Notes: generated from the letters alone by a model not told the origin. A DNA stretch of 62,135 nucleotides from Paraglomus brasilianum (GCA_910592345.1 CAJVPI010000066.1:1-62135), one strand, 5' to 3'; positions 13,276 through 28,034 are shown, counted from the stretch's first letter. Translations and numbers: made by a program.

Positions 13276-16200
13276 AATGATTCTTTCATACGGATAATAC
13301 ATAGGTAATACATGGGATACTATGGGCTTTTTTTTTTTTGCGCCCTCCCCCTTATAGTTCAATGTAGGGGTCTCCTCGATCACACGTTTAAGTTGTAATT
13401 GATCGTGAATGTGTCGAGGTACGTAATTGGTTAGTCAAATAAAACGTTCCAGAAAAAAACTAGTGTAAGGTTATGTTATGTTATGTTATGTTATGTTTAT
13501 ATAATATAATATGTAGCATAGTATATATCATAGTATATATGGTATGCAGTATGTAGTGTACGTGTATAATAAATACATCGACATACAATTATAATGGTAT
13601 GAAAAGCCTGCTTTTTCTTGTCATACAAGTACCAGATTATTATTATTTTAGAAACATTTACTACGCCTCCTTATGTAACTATCGTAAACATCAGCTGAGT
13701 GTGATGGAGAACGGACCATGCCATGCATATTTGTAATAAGCATGGGCATATCATAAAAAAAGATGCTTACTTTATTCTTGAATCTGCTCTACTACTCTTC
13801 CATGCGTTGTCATCATCATAATCGTTGTCTGTCGTCGTTGTCGTTGTCGTTGTAGCCGCCACCACCATCATCGTGCGCCAAGCAAACAACAATAGTGACA
13901 GCCTTCACGCCCCCCCTCCCAACAACAACCTTCGATGCCAGGTTCTACGAAGGTTTCAAGCGCCATGGCTTTGATCTAATCGACTGTTGTTATGTTTCGT
14001 TCTAACGCGAAAAAGATGCATACAAAAACGGAACTTAATCAAACCATAATTAGTACACATCAATAATCAGCAGCCAGCAGGAACCCAGGTCACGACAAAT
14101 AAGTCAACATATTTATCGAATGGGAACCGACTTGCAGCAGCAGCAGCAGCCACAGCAGCAAGCAAGCAAGGTATTAACGGTAAATAAATGAGTAACAATA
14201 AATAAATAACCATGATTATAATGGCAATCGTGATCGTGATGGGCGGTAATAAGAACGGTACCGCAAAACTACTTTTAACATTGTGCTTATGTATATTACT
14301 ATATATTACATAGAAAACATTATAGTCCATGGGTATATTTCCTGTTTCATGGCGATTGCATTCATTGTTTGTTCGGTAGCCGAACTTACATGGGAAGAAA
14401 CAGGAAAAAAAAATATAAGGAATAGGGCGAAAATAAAAATAACAATAAAGAATGAAAATCGAGCAAACCAAAAAGCTCAAAGCCAAAAGCATGCGATATG
14501 ATGTGATGTGATGGTTACAGTTAGTCACTCAGTCAGTCAGTCAGTTACTCAGTTACTCACTCAATCAGTTATTAGTTCAAACACCCTTCACCTTTCACCT
14601 TTACGTCACTGTCGAGATCGATCCTAATGCAACATTTCGCCCATCACTATCGAGATTCCTAATGGAACATCTCGCCATCACATCTCTCATCGCCATCGAG
14701 ATTATTTATTAGTAAACCCATGACAATTTCATGTGTTGTATGTATTGCATACAGTATTATTTCTACGATTTCAGTTAGTGTGCTGTTTACACCTTGCAGA
14801 GATGCATGCATTTTTTTCTCGGCCTCTATTCTTTGACAGGAACGAACGTTGTTTTGGCACTAGTGCAAAAGAAGAAGCATATAATTTTGAAGAAGGTTGG
14901 TAAATAAACATATTTAACGATATTCCATTTGACGCTGCAAAGATGGCAGCAGTTATTGCAAATATGTAAAATGTACAGTACATTATACATGTTATTCTAA
15001 TAATGTTGTTTGATTGGCTTGCTATTTTACTCCTTGACTCGTTTGGGTTCGAATTTTCTTTGCCTTAATTTGCCATTATTATAAGTCGCCACTATATACT
15101 ATTTATCTTACAAATCAATTGCAGCATATGAAAATCAAACTTTAAACCATAAACACTCGGATTCGACGCTAACCTTGTGTACATGGGACGACTTTTTTCA
15201 TCCTTCTTATCGCTTAATCCGCTGATGATTTTCTTATCAGGTGGTCTCCGTTGTACCATTATCAGATAACCAATATGGTCATGCTTTGCAGATAAGCCAA
15301 GAAGTCATTATTGGCAAACAGGTTTTTTTATCTATCGGTGGAAATACGAGTAGCTAACTAACAACAATGAACAACCCATGCACAGGTGGTGGAATAGAAT
15401 AGACAAGCACATTCCGTCCTTCTCCTCTTTCTCCTCCTCCTCCTCCTCCTCCTCCTCCTTCTCCTCTTATTCACACCATTTCTCCACTATCTCCCCAGTG
15501 TAGTAAGTATTACTCATTGGCTTCATGCATACCTAATAAGTATGCGGAACGAGAAAAGCAGATTACGGTTAGCAACAAAGACAATAACAACAATAGGAAC
15601 AATAAATAGTGCTTGTTTATTCCATTCATTATTGAGATTATTTACTATTATCGCTACCGTTTCGGTTATTCACTGTTTGTCCCGAATACTCTCACCCGCT
15701 GTCACTTTTGTCAAGCTTGCTTTATACTAATTACAAAGCTAACATTTGGAGTTGCGCCATTCCCTTCAATACGCAAATTCAAGTTAGAGACCTCTTTAGC
15801 CGCTATACATAACGCGGGCATATTCGGTCTATTTTGAAAAACTGTTTCTCTTCTCTCCCCTAGTATACTGTACATACGTATACACTACTCCCCTAATATA
15901 CACATGTATACACACGTATACACACGTATACACTACTCCCCTAGTATATACTACCACCCCCAAACTAATTCCTTATCATCGCTCTTCGGAATCACCTCCC
16001 CCTACCGTTTTTGCCGATTGTTCCGCCCCCCATCCTACTCGCTCTATTTTTGCGTTACTGTCGTATTGACAAAAAGAGTTTATCATTCATAAAGTGCGCT
16101 CCACTATATTTAAGAGTTGAAATATTTCGTTCCTTATTCTTATCTTTTCGTTGTACAATATAATACCCCGGTAGGATGATTCACCATATATGGATTATTA

Positions 16201-18783
16201 CAACGAAAGGCATAACGGTCAAGCATAACATGTTATCTGTACAAATGTACAAATGTACAAATGCACGATGAATTGTGTATAGTAGAACGTTTCGTATGGC
16301 AAGAAACGGCTTTTTCAAACGACAATTGCAACAATTGGTCTCTTTGACTTGTACATCTGGAGAACGGATTATATGTTTTCGCATATAATGAAATTTACAC
16401 AAGTAACGCAACGTAACATGTTATACTGTATATTTATGTACCACATGATAAGGGGGGGTGTTGGGTATAAGCGTCTCTCATTGAAAACTGTTCTACCGCC
16501 ACCCATTGCCATTGCCAACAACTCTGTCTGTAATTACTATGCTACTGCTAGCGTTATATGTTATATCATATCGTTATTGTCATCTTTATAATTGCCATCT
16601 TTATAATTGTCATCATCATTCACACAGCCATCGTTATTACCAGGGCTGCACTCTTTGTCGATCCGTATAAGGCTGTGTAGCACTAATACTGTGTAGCACA
16701 CCGATGAAATATACCACACCCCCCTCTAACAACTAATTGAAAGAAAGAAAGAGGAAAAAAGAGAAAAAAAGAAGAAGCAAAAGGTCCCGGTGTGACCCAT
16801 GAAAAAGTGCATTAAACATTGGTAAAAGTAAAAGCAAAACCTTTTACAATCGGGCAATTTAAAAAGTGAGATATGATAAACACATTGACGAACAACTGGG
16901 GTGGGGGTGTGATGCTGATGGGGGGGGGGGGGGTTTTCATATCAACTGCAATTAAATGCATTGTTGCATGCAAACCTGCTGAGTGTATATATAATATGTT
17001 TGATTGTGAAAAAAATGCGTACAACCACACAATGCGAGAGCACTCGTAAGATTCGAAAATGAGCCTATATTTAGATTACATACACATCTTACAAAGAAAA
17101 TATTTAATTTTAAAATAAGACTTTTTTTTTTAACGTACAATATATATATATTATTTATACTGATTATCATCATTACAATTCGCAATTAACAGACGTTGAC
17201 TTGCTTTATTCCGTTGTACTCGCCAGTGGTTTACACTTGTCCACTCATTGGTAATCGCTTTTACACAGGAAGACACGCCTACACCCGATAGCAATTAATT
17301 GGAGGACCTAATGTATTTTGCGGAATGCAAGGCACTGTTACTATCAGCGAGTCGAGTGTGTTTGCATTCCCCAGTCTCCTATGAAAAAGTCCATCTATGG
17401 CAAATGTTTACTGTGGAGTGGAACCGGGGTCACTTCCCCCAGCCATGTACAATAGTTTGAAGAAAAATGACCAGACTACGCCGGTATTGACTGGATGAGC
17501 GTAGACAATAGAAAAAACAATACACTGCACTGCACTGATGAAAAAAAATAAATAAAATTATATTTGGACTCAATTCAATCGGTGGGGTCAGCAGGAACAC
17601 CCCCCCAATCCCATCCCCCCATCCCATCATCCCATCTCATCCCTTCCTCTTCCTCTCCACCCTCTTCATCATACGATGTTTATTAAGCACATCATACGAT
17701 GTTTGAGATCCCGGAGCACCATCATCAGCACTTCCTTCCGAATGAGATGTAATACAAGATTATCATCTAAACAGTCTAGATGGTTGTATACATGCGCTAT
17801 GTGTTTCAATGGGCTTTTTTGTGCATATATGCTTCGACTGTTTATAGATTAGCATAGGTTTTGTCTTACGGAATGATCGATAACTCACCTGGGACCAAAA
17901 TCATCTAAAAGATCTATATTTGGGCATTTCCGAAAGGGTGGATGTGGGGTAAAAACTGAACAAGTTTTTTTTTCCTTATTGTAAACGAAGAAGGGGGGGA
18001 GTAATCAATATTCAACAATGCGGACTCATGGTAGTTGGGTCGTATTACATGAGGGAAGAGAGGGAGAAGAGGAGGAAATGTCATTGAACGTTTCAATAAA
18101 CGAGATGAACGAGATGAATGAGATGAACGAGATGGACTCGATAAACTCGATTGAGCAGATCTAATTTGTAAATCCAATTTTACCATGACCACTCTCGGCA
18201 CGTAATTAATAATGTGCTCGCATAACCTGGACAATACTGTGCCAAGCCCCTCTTTGAATTCGCATAGTATACTTGTTGTTGAAAGGATTTTTAATTAATG
18301 TCATTGTGTTATGTACATACATACATACAACGTACATACATACATACATACAACATACAACATACATATAATTATATAATAATAGTTTAATACCTGATAG
18401 CAATGCGTCATACATGTCATACTTTTACATGCCTCAATCTTTATGCTATTCTATATTATTTATTACTTTGCATCTGTCAATTGAGCCATAAATGCCAACC
18501 CATTAGTATAACCAATACAATCCTCGATTTTTGAATCCCATTCTTTTACAATAGTGTCCCACGCATCATTCAACCAATTCCACCTGCATCTTTGTTACTG
18601 CTCCTCGATACTCACCTGAACACCACTCATCCGGAGAGTTTTTTAGTTTCTCCCATATCGGGCAGTAGAAAAGTGCGGGGTATACAAAAGAGAATACGAT
18701 ATCACGAGGGTTTATTGTTTTAGTATATATATATTTGATATGTATTAAACTTGTTTACGCAGGTTGACGATGATTGGGTTGTG

Positions 18784-18869
18784 GGTGTGTGAGGTGTGTG
18801 AGGTGTGTGAGGTGTGTGAGGTGTGTGAGGTGTGTGAGGTATGAGGTGTGAGGTGTGTGAGGTGTGTGA
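18784..18869. repeat. 9-bp tandem repeat (GGTGTGTGA)n
   Basis: About 9-10 copies, two of them degenerate. Confidence 0.95.
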
Positions 18870-19844
18870 ATTAGCCGAGTGTGCTTAACCGAGAGAGGGT
18901 GCGAGACAAGAGTCCCATATGAAAAGACCTGCACTCATTGCCGAAATGAATAATAAATGATTTGATTATCGAACGGAAAAAGCAAATAAAAAAACTTGTT
19001 ATTATAATATACAGTATATGCGAGATAAATTGTATAGATGATAGATCATATGTTGTGTCATATCATGTGATGAAGCCAGCCATCTTCTATTGTGTGTGTC
19101 ATCTTGGAGGGCTGACCTCCCTATTCATGTGATATCTCTACCCCAGCTATTGAGAGCAAACACACATCCTCATACATACAGACATGCATACAGACACAAT
19201 ACAGACACTTGTATGTAATAATCCCAACTTAACATTCTAGCTGTCTGTAGACGTTTTCATCACTGCACCCTCCCTGCTTTTTACGCCCTTGATTCATGAA
19301 AAAGGATGGCATGGACATATATGACGCATTCATTATCATCATAGCACATACTTATTACAATTACAAATGCACATTTATTATCGTTGTACCGACAAAGAAT
19401 GTAATACATTGTTGTAAATGTTACATTTATATATTTGATGGACAGTCTTAATTAACCCAACCTCTACTGTATATTATTATTTCTACATCCTTTTTCTCAT
19501 TTCTCCGAATTAGGTTTCTGATCACTGTTGTCTGCCCCCCCAAGGAAGCACAACCATCGTGTGCTGAAAATGCGGGGTAAACGATTAAAGTTTGCGGAAC
19601 ACAAGGAAAAAAAAAAGCTCGAATCAGGAACCAAAGTAGGAAAGAGGAAAAAAAAAAAAAAGGTCATTTCCGAATTGTGTTGAATATGCCATAACTATAA
19701 TATAAAACAATACTTAAATCCTGTTTGTTTCGAACCCCCAGAACCTTGTGGAACAATTTGTTGATGTTACATCAATATCCGACAATATACGCAAAAGATT
19801 AGATTTTTCGTTTCGGAAATTTGTTTTGCTTGGTATTATTAGTG

Positions 19845-19901
19845 CTATTACGACTATTACGACTATTGCGACTATTACGACTATTACGACTATTACGACT
19901 A
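19845..19901. repeat. 9-bp tandem repeat (CTATTACGA)n
   Basis: 6 copies, one with a substitution. Confidence 0.95.
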
Positions 19902-21800
19902 GTTTTAAGATAAGATCAGTCTTGCTCTAATTGATTTGGTTACTTTAATAGAACTATACCGATTATGTTGGGTTTCTCTGAACTAGATTGTAAACTGTAA
20001 CCGAATATAGGGATAAATATTATCCCAAAAGATAAGATCTTTTGCTTAAATAATCATGCGCTTTTTCTCCATAACTGTAATAATATGGATTCTAGACCAG
20101 TTACTCGATAGACATGTTCGATATGACAGTAATAGTGCACAAGCTGACATGTGCATATATCAGCAGAATCGTAAATAATAGTAAGAGGGTAACTTTTATG
20201 ACAATTTGTTAACGGTGACTTTATCACCATGTGCATCGTAGGTTTATGTAGAGCATCAGATAAATGCGATTCTGAAATCACGTCTTGCATAGTTCGGGTA
20301 CGCGTATTAGAAGAACATGTTCGTTGAAATCTTCTACAATGTCATGTGGAGTTGCAAATACGCCACCACTCGAATGCCCTGAAACGCCAATGTTTGCCAT
20401 CCTTCATTCGAAACGGTAAACCCTACTGCCATGTATTTCCCAAGTATTAAAAATCATTTAAATGTTAATTAATCCCTTATTGTATAAAAAGGATTTAGCC
20501 AAAAAGGTTTGGGGCTCAACAACACATCAATGTCGTATTCGTCACATCTTTGATCATTAAAGCTGATTTAGTCTACATTTGATTACTTCCTAAATACGAT
20601 TCGCAGCAGAAATTCCTGAAACAATTAAAGTTGTCCTTGGCGTCGAGCGATTTCGATCTCTAGATCAAAACAGATTCACCGTCAAGCTTGACACTGAAAA
20701 CATTACCTTTTTTGCGCTTCTAGACGCGCACAACGCCGTTTGTCTCTTCGGGTGTAATCGTGATTAATATTAATATTACAATAAGCGACGGACCATGTGA
20801 AAATGTCATTTCGAATATTGACAGCGCTTGTCTAATACAAGCGCGTATTAATAGGGTTATCCGACATGAACAACTGAACATTAAACCCTACTTATCGAAA
20901 ACTACGCCGCACGAATCGTAGAACCAAATTGCTGCAAAGAATCTCGAGAACAAAAACCCAACCATTAGATATGTGTCAAGAAACTAACTATTGTTGAAAG
21001 ATGGTTTGTAATCATGCAGATATGTGTCTGTTGCAAGGGACTGCGAAAAGAAAGAAGCTTCAAAAAACGTACCAATAGACAAGTAAATGGTTTGCAACTT
21101 TAAAGACTTTAAAGGCAATTGGCCACGACGTAAATAAGACCAAATTGCAAAAAACGTGGCCCATTTTCCAACGCATCAATACAAAGGACCTCAAAACGCT
21201 TTGTTAAACCTCCTCCCGAATAGAACCAAAAATCTTTTTTGGAAGATTTGGATTTTAGAAGCAACGAAAGAAAAACTTTAAAAGAGTTAGAGTATTGAAC
21301 ACGTGATGATGCTAAAGAGAAGAGAACGTGGACAAAAAGTCGATGATAATAAAGACATCAATATGACTATTGTAAACTAGACGTTCATGGAATGGTAACT
21401 CTTTACTCGTTTGTTGAAACCAGTTCCACACCTGTCGTTTTGAGACAACTTTTTATAACATGTCTATACAACGGAATTTGGTTAGAGTATTTTTGCAAAT
21501 TTGGGCATATTTGTTGCATATAGGAAACAAGAAAACTCGAATAATATACATTAATTTGCTGATTATGGTAATTATGCGCATTTTCCGGTTAACGTTTATC
21601 GCTCAAATTTGACTTGGTCGTACAGACATAGTCTAAACCAATCATACACATCAAACTGCGCTTCCAAGGTATTTTTTGCTTACCCCTTAAAGGAGGAAAG
21701 AGCAAAATCTGTCCTCTGCGGGTGTTCTCGTGTTCTATCCAGCTTTTGATTAAGGTTTAAGGACTTTCTTGGCGATTATCTAGTACTTGTTCTCCGCACC

Positions 21801-23966
21801 ATGGTGAATATTATTACTATCTATCGATGGATACGTGTCAATAGCCTGCTTCGACTACTCTATGCTCAATACTTGCTTCTTTAACGTTTCGCCTTGCAGG
21901 ATGAAGAATATGATGTTATTGTCTTGGGTACCGGCTTGACAGAATGTATTCTATCTGGTTTACTGTCTGTCGAAGGCAAGAAAGTCCTTCACATGGACAG
22001 GAACGACTACTATGGTGGTGAGAGCGCTAGTTTGGACTTGACGCGGGTATGTTATGAATTTTTTTGTACAGTGTCGCGAGCCAAAGGAAAGCCTCAGGTG
22101 GAGGGAAAGGGATGGTCCGAGTAACAATTAGATGAACCAATTAATAACATATTTGAATGAGAGGAACCATTACCTTTATTTACAGTGTAAATACATATCC
22201 CGATCTTTTTACGTTAAATAGCATACAAACAGTATCCAGAATATGTTTCAAAGCTTTTTAATACTCTTTGATTCTAACTTGTATCACGCGCATGTGTTTT
22301 CTAGCTCTATCGTAAATTTCGTCCAGAAGAATCGAAACCAGATGAATATGGGCGGGATCGCGATTGGAATGTCGATCTCATTCCAAAGTTCATGATGGCC
22401 AATGGTGAACTGGTTAAAATTCTCATTCATACCGATGTCACGCGGTATATCGAGTTTAAGGATATTTCGGGATCTTATGTCGCAAGCGGCGAAAAGATTT
22501 ATAAAGTTCCTGCCTCTGAGCAAGATGCATTGACTAGTTCTTTGATGGGAATGTTTGAAAAGAGGAGATTGAAGAATTTCTTGGAATTTTTGCAAAAGTG
22601 GAACGATGAAGATCCGTCTACCCATCAAGGTGAGTTGTTTTTTGTCCAAGCAGTCATTATGTGTGTGATCATGGTGTTAATTTCTTGTGACTATTTTTAC
22701 AAGGTATTGATCTGGACAAAAACAACATGTCGGCCGTGTATGATAAATTCCGTCTTGAGACTGGAACAAGAGAGTTTGTTGGTCATGCCATGGCTCTATA
22801 TTTGGACGATTCGTAAGTATTTCAAGTCAAGCGATCTATCACATGCATAGAACTACCAATAAATTAACACGTCGATGCATGCTATCTCTAGATATCTTGA
22901 TCTTCCTGCCCGCGAGACGTACGAAAGGATCATTCTATATATTACTTCGGTCACACGCTTTGCAAATCTAAAGAGTCCCTATATTTATCCTATGTATGGG
23001 TTGGGTGAATTGCCTCAAGGCTTTGCACGGTGAGTTTACTATTGTTTAAATCGCAGAAGAAACGACAATGCGTTTTCATGTAATCTGAACTGTGCTCCAT
23101 TGGAATGCAGTCTGAGTGCCATCTATGGCGGTACTTATATGTTGAACAAGCAAATCGACGAGATCGTTTACGAGAATGGCAAAGTGGTTGGAGTGCGTTC
23201 AGAAAACGAGGTAAGTTAATGTATTTAAAGTGACGTTGCGAATATTACCATGAGAGTTTTAATCAATGTTGTTGCTTTCTTTGTGGCAATAGACCGCCAA
23301 GGCGAAACAGGTTATTGGTGATCCATCGTACTTCCCGACTAAAGTGCGAAAAGTAGGGGAAGTGGTTCGTGCTATATGCATTCTCACTCACCCGATACCG
23401 AATACGGATTCAAACATGCATTCGGTTCAACTTATTATTCCTCAGAATCAAGCAAAGAGGAAACATGGTACGGATAAGCTTTCCATAGTGTATAAACGGT
23501 ATGGGGGTGTCAAACCGTTGTCTAATGTTACATCATCATGTTACTTTTATTACTTCCACAGACATTTATGTTGCATGCGTTTCGAGCACTCACTTTGTGT
23601 GCGCGCAGAACTATTACCTCGCTATTGTCTCTACTATTGTGGAAACGGACAATCCGGAGGCCGAACTTCAGCTTGGATTAAAACTTTTAGGCCCTATCAA
23701 GGAAAAGTGAGTTGGATTTAGAACGGCATGGTTATTCATATTCATTACGTGATCGCTCATGCATTCAAACTCGATCATTTAGGTTTGTCTATAAATCTGA
23801 TCTCCAAGAACCAATTGAAGATGGTACGGAGGATGGCGTCTACATCTCTCGCTCGTATGATGCCACATCCCACTTTGAGTCGGTGTGCGCTGATGTGAAG
23901 GATATCTATAAACGGGTTACTGGAAAGGATTTGGTTGTCCAGCAGAGAGCGAGACAGGAAGAATAA
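21801..23966 (+). CDS. GDI1: Rab GDP-dissociation inhibitor, 441 aa, 9 exons
   Basis: Exons 21801-21803 (ATG only), 21900-22046, 22305-22629, 22704-22812, 22892-23029, 23111-23210, 23293-23467, 23562-23706 and 23783-23966 are in frame. Motifs [72 protein letters not shown] and SYDATSHFE. Confidence 0.97.
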
Positions 23967-25049
23967 ATTATAATATACAAAAATATATTAAATTAAATTA
24001 AAATTGCATGTTTTAATTGATAGGTGTTATTCAACCCGTAAAAATAACTTAATAAAACAGACGGCTTTGGTATTTTTCTATTATGGTTGATGTAACATAT
24101 ACATTAGAATCGCAGAGTTACAGGAATAATACTACTATAAGGCGTTGACGAGCATGCATCAACATGTCTAATTCCGCCTCTAAACACGTGATTAACTTGA
24201 CAAATGATGTTAATTGTGCATTTTTGTAGATGTTAAGCATAGAAGTTACACGCACAAAAACTCGTAATAATATATCATTTCAAAACAAAAAAAAAAGCCT
24301 AATACATAAATGGGAAGTCTGGCAAAGGATCCTCCTCGTGAAGGCTTTCCATACCGATTGTCGTAGAGAAGCGATGACGTACTTGATTTCATAACGTTGG
24401 GGTTGGGCTTTTCCCAATAGAAACTATCCATCCCAAACTTGGATTAATGGGAACTGCAGCATTTTTGCTTGATACATGTGGGAATTTCATTGTATCAGCT
24501 CTCATGCTAACTACAGCAAAGATACGCGTCCCAAATAAAGATGAAATGCATTTAAATTTTACTCGCGCTAATGCTCAAGACAATATTAAATATAACATTT
24601 AATTTCTATTATGGGGGCCCGCGTTTTTATCCATCGCAAACGTCTAGGTGAAATTTGGATAACGCACAAGAATGTGGTCGCATAATTTTATTTATTACGA
24701 ATTGGTTATATTACAACGAATCGTAAATAAATGCATACATACACAATAACGAGAAAGCAATAACAGCTTCCCCAATGAAAAAAGAGTTTATAGATAGAAA
24801 TCCAAGTTTTTTGTAAGGGTCACTGTTCCACTGTTCTGGGAGATATTCGACCCAATTGTACACACGCGGGCCACGTCAACAGCTTGGGAAATACACTAAT
24901 GATTTTCTATTTACGAGTGACCTCATTCTTGAAAATAATAATCTGCCAATCTGACGAGACAAGTCATTAAAGTAATCAAAAGCCAACCCAATAGCAAGCA
25001 AGACCACATGAAGAACGTGGTTTAATAATAATTCCTATTTCTAGCAGAT

Positions 25050-26797
25050 CTACCGTTTAACTTGCTCTTCTTGTATTTTTCTATATTTTTTTTCCAATTC
25101 TAACCCATTCTTCGGCGTCTGTCTGCGTATTTCCTCAATCTCGGCCATTTCTTCCATGGTGTCTCTACCGACCATTCTGTGTGTTCTCTTGTTGCTTGTT
25201 GCGCGATCATGGTGTCTCAGATAATGATGTAGAATCTAAACGATGTGAAACATGACAATCGCATCAGTATGTCTGTATCTAACCAGTTCATTCAAATGTA
25301 CGATACCTGTTCAGCTGGACGAGGATCAATTCCCATATCTTGAAGAGTTAACACATCAGATGACGGTGAAACGATATTGTCCTTACGAAGAAGCTTGACC
25401 TGATCTCTTGTAATTGTAAATAGATTTACTGGGAGTTTCTCGAGAAAGTAACCTTGTATCGTCCCAACGAACCATGGCAAGGAAATTATGGGTCGTCTAA
25501 TACCAGCCTGACTCAGAGTTAGGGAGATTAGCTCTCTATAAGTGTATACTATTTCGTAGTCAGATTATGGTTAGTTGCCAAGTACAAGGTCATTTTCCTG
25601 TAGCATACCGGTAGGCCCTCCTGCCTCGATTGTCTTCCCTCGTAGATTTCGGTCTTTGCCAGCTTGGGTTATTGCCTTGGCTAAATCCCATACATGTACT
25701 GGCTGAAATTTAGTGTTTCCGCCTCCGAATACTGGCATGAATGGAAGATATCGAGCTAATTTGGCAAATCGCTTGTAATAATAAATTTAGTAAAATCTTT
25801 TTTGTATAACAAATTCTCAAGAAAAGAAGGCAAAGGTATGGATAGGCTTTTCTCTAAGTTCTAAGGCTCATATTGAGCTTACATTAAAAAAGTCATCTTC
25901 GGGTCCAAATATCAAGCTCGGACGAACGATGATGGCGTCTGGATATTCCTCACGGACGGCGATTTCACCCAATCCTTAATGAAGCATGCAATTATGAGTA
26001 AATTGTAATATGCTCTATCGTAATACCAACTTGACATATTACACATATACCTTTGGTTTTAGCATATGGAATTTCACTACTCGGATCAGCTCCTATGGCG
26101 CTGATATGAACGAGTTGAGCCTCGTTCTCTCTCGCAGCGATTGCTACTTTTTTTGCACCTTGATGCTGCACATTTTCGAACGTGTAAATTGGAGGATTCT
26201 CATGCAGTATTCCAACTAGATTGACTATAATATTGGCATCCTTGCACGCGTTTGATACGTCTGATTGAGAAGTAATGTCACACGAGATTGGCGAGAGTAT
26301 CTGATTGCCTAAGGAGGTTAACATGAATGTGGTAAGCAAAATGTCAGAGTAGAGTATTAATTACAATTACTGAACGTTAAAGCAGCCCAGACGATTGCCA
26401 GCGAGTGAATCTGCACCACATTGAAGTACTACTGCGCCAGGGCGATACCAATAGTGAAACTGAAAACATGATCGCATCACCTAGAGTTTTCAAATCATCG
26501 ATATTCGGATGCCGTGCATATATTTGTACCTCTGTATCGGAATCGTTAACAAAGGCTTTGGCAACATACTTTCCTGATTTCATGAAAATATAAAATACCC
26601 AAAGTAAGCATGTCCGTATATTAACTGTTGTACGTGAAACCAACATTCTCACCAACGAACCCTGATCCTCCAATTACAACTGCTTTCCGTCTATTATTAT
26701 GAACTGATGTCACTAATTGTCTTACAATGCCAGCAGTCGCCTGCAACGGTGATCTCGATGGTCTGCGGATAAACAGTGTCTGCATGTCGTGGCGCAT
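25050..26797 (-). CDS. NDUFA9-like atypical SDR / NAD(P)-binding protein, ~392 aa, 7 exons, probably mitochondrial
   Basis: Exons 26797-26653, 26573-26481, 26308-26051, 25974-25883, 25771-25609, 25548-25307 and 25235-25050 are in frame. Motifs [49 protein letters not shown] and FQPVHVWD. The N-terminus is Arg-rich and poor in acidic residues. Confidence 0.88.
26373..26450 (-). pseudogene. 78-nt fragment of a class I histone deacetylase (Rpd3/Clr6/HDAC1) coding sequence inside intron 2 of the NDUFA9-like gene
   Basis: Translates as [26 protein letters not shown], matching the class I HDAC segment [20 protein letters not shown] with D changed to N. Confidence 0.85.
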
Positions 26798-26856
26798 TTA
26801 TTATCTTATCAGTTTCTCAGCGATGGAGGGAACCTACGATAATCAAGTGTTTGATT

Positions 26857-26865
26857 TCACGTGAT
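26857..26865. promoter_or_regulatory. TCACGTGAT E-box in the NDUFA9-like/ATG8 divergent promoter
   Basis: 60 bp upstream of the NDUFA9-like ATG. The same core occurs in two other divergent promoters. Confidence 0.55.
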
Positions 26866-27252
26866 TTCAAAGATGTTTCAATAGTACGAGTCCGGGGTGG
26901 GTGTCAAAAATGAACAACAATGATAAAGGCCGTAGTCGAACCATCAAAGTAATGATTGGATTCAACTGCGGCTCAGTAATAATAAATAGAAGATTGCGTA
27001 TGACGCTTTACGTTACTTTTTTGTGCGTATTAATCACAAGGCGCAGGCTGACTTATATTACGTATGCGTGGCAGCCCTTAACTGCGGCTGCCCAATCACA
27101 TTGCTATAAAACCCCTTTCTTTTCCCCAGCGGATATTATTCACTTCTTTAGCGTCTAGGGTGCACCCATCTCACAACTTCCCGCCGTTTATATACAAACC
27201 CTACTGTTTCCAGCTTTAGACTTTATTTCCAAAGTTTGTACAGTATCATACA

Positions 27253-28034
<782 letters not shown>

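Noticed and set aside
15040..15060. GGTTCGAAT B-box-like motif (tRNA or SINE?)
   Set aside because: No A-box or cloverleaf stems.
18784..19901. 9-bp arrays considered as CRISPR or telomeric repeats
   Set aside because: No spacers, eukaryotic context, not TTAGGG-like and internal; these are simple minisatellites.
20480..21470. Coding-like stretch after a TATA box (e.g. PETIKVVLGVERFRSLDQNRF)
   Set aside because: Many stops and no recognisable family; possibly a pseudogene but not supportable without a search.
9554..21800. Short ORFs in the CSL upstream region (e.g. 13054-13383, 14067-14528) and possible CSL autoregulatory GTG(G/A)GAA sites
   Set aside because: The ORFs are by-products of microsatellites or AT-rich sequence with no recognisable motifs. 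I found no cluster of canonical CSL sites, only partial matches such as CGTGGAA at 9961 and 10752.
24246..24520. Exon-like - strand fragment between GDI1 and the NDUFA9-like gene
   Set aside because: No family recognised in any frame.
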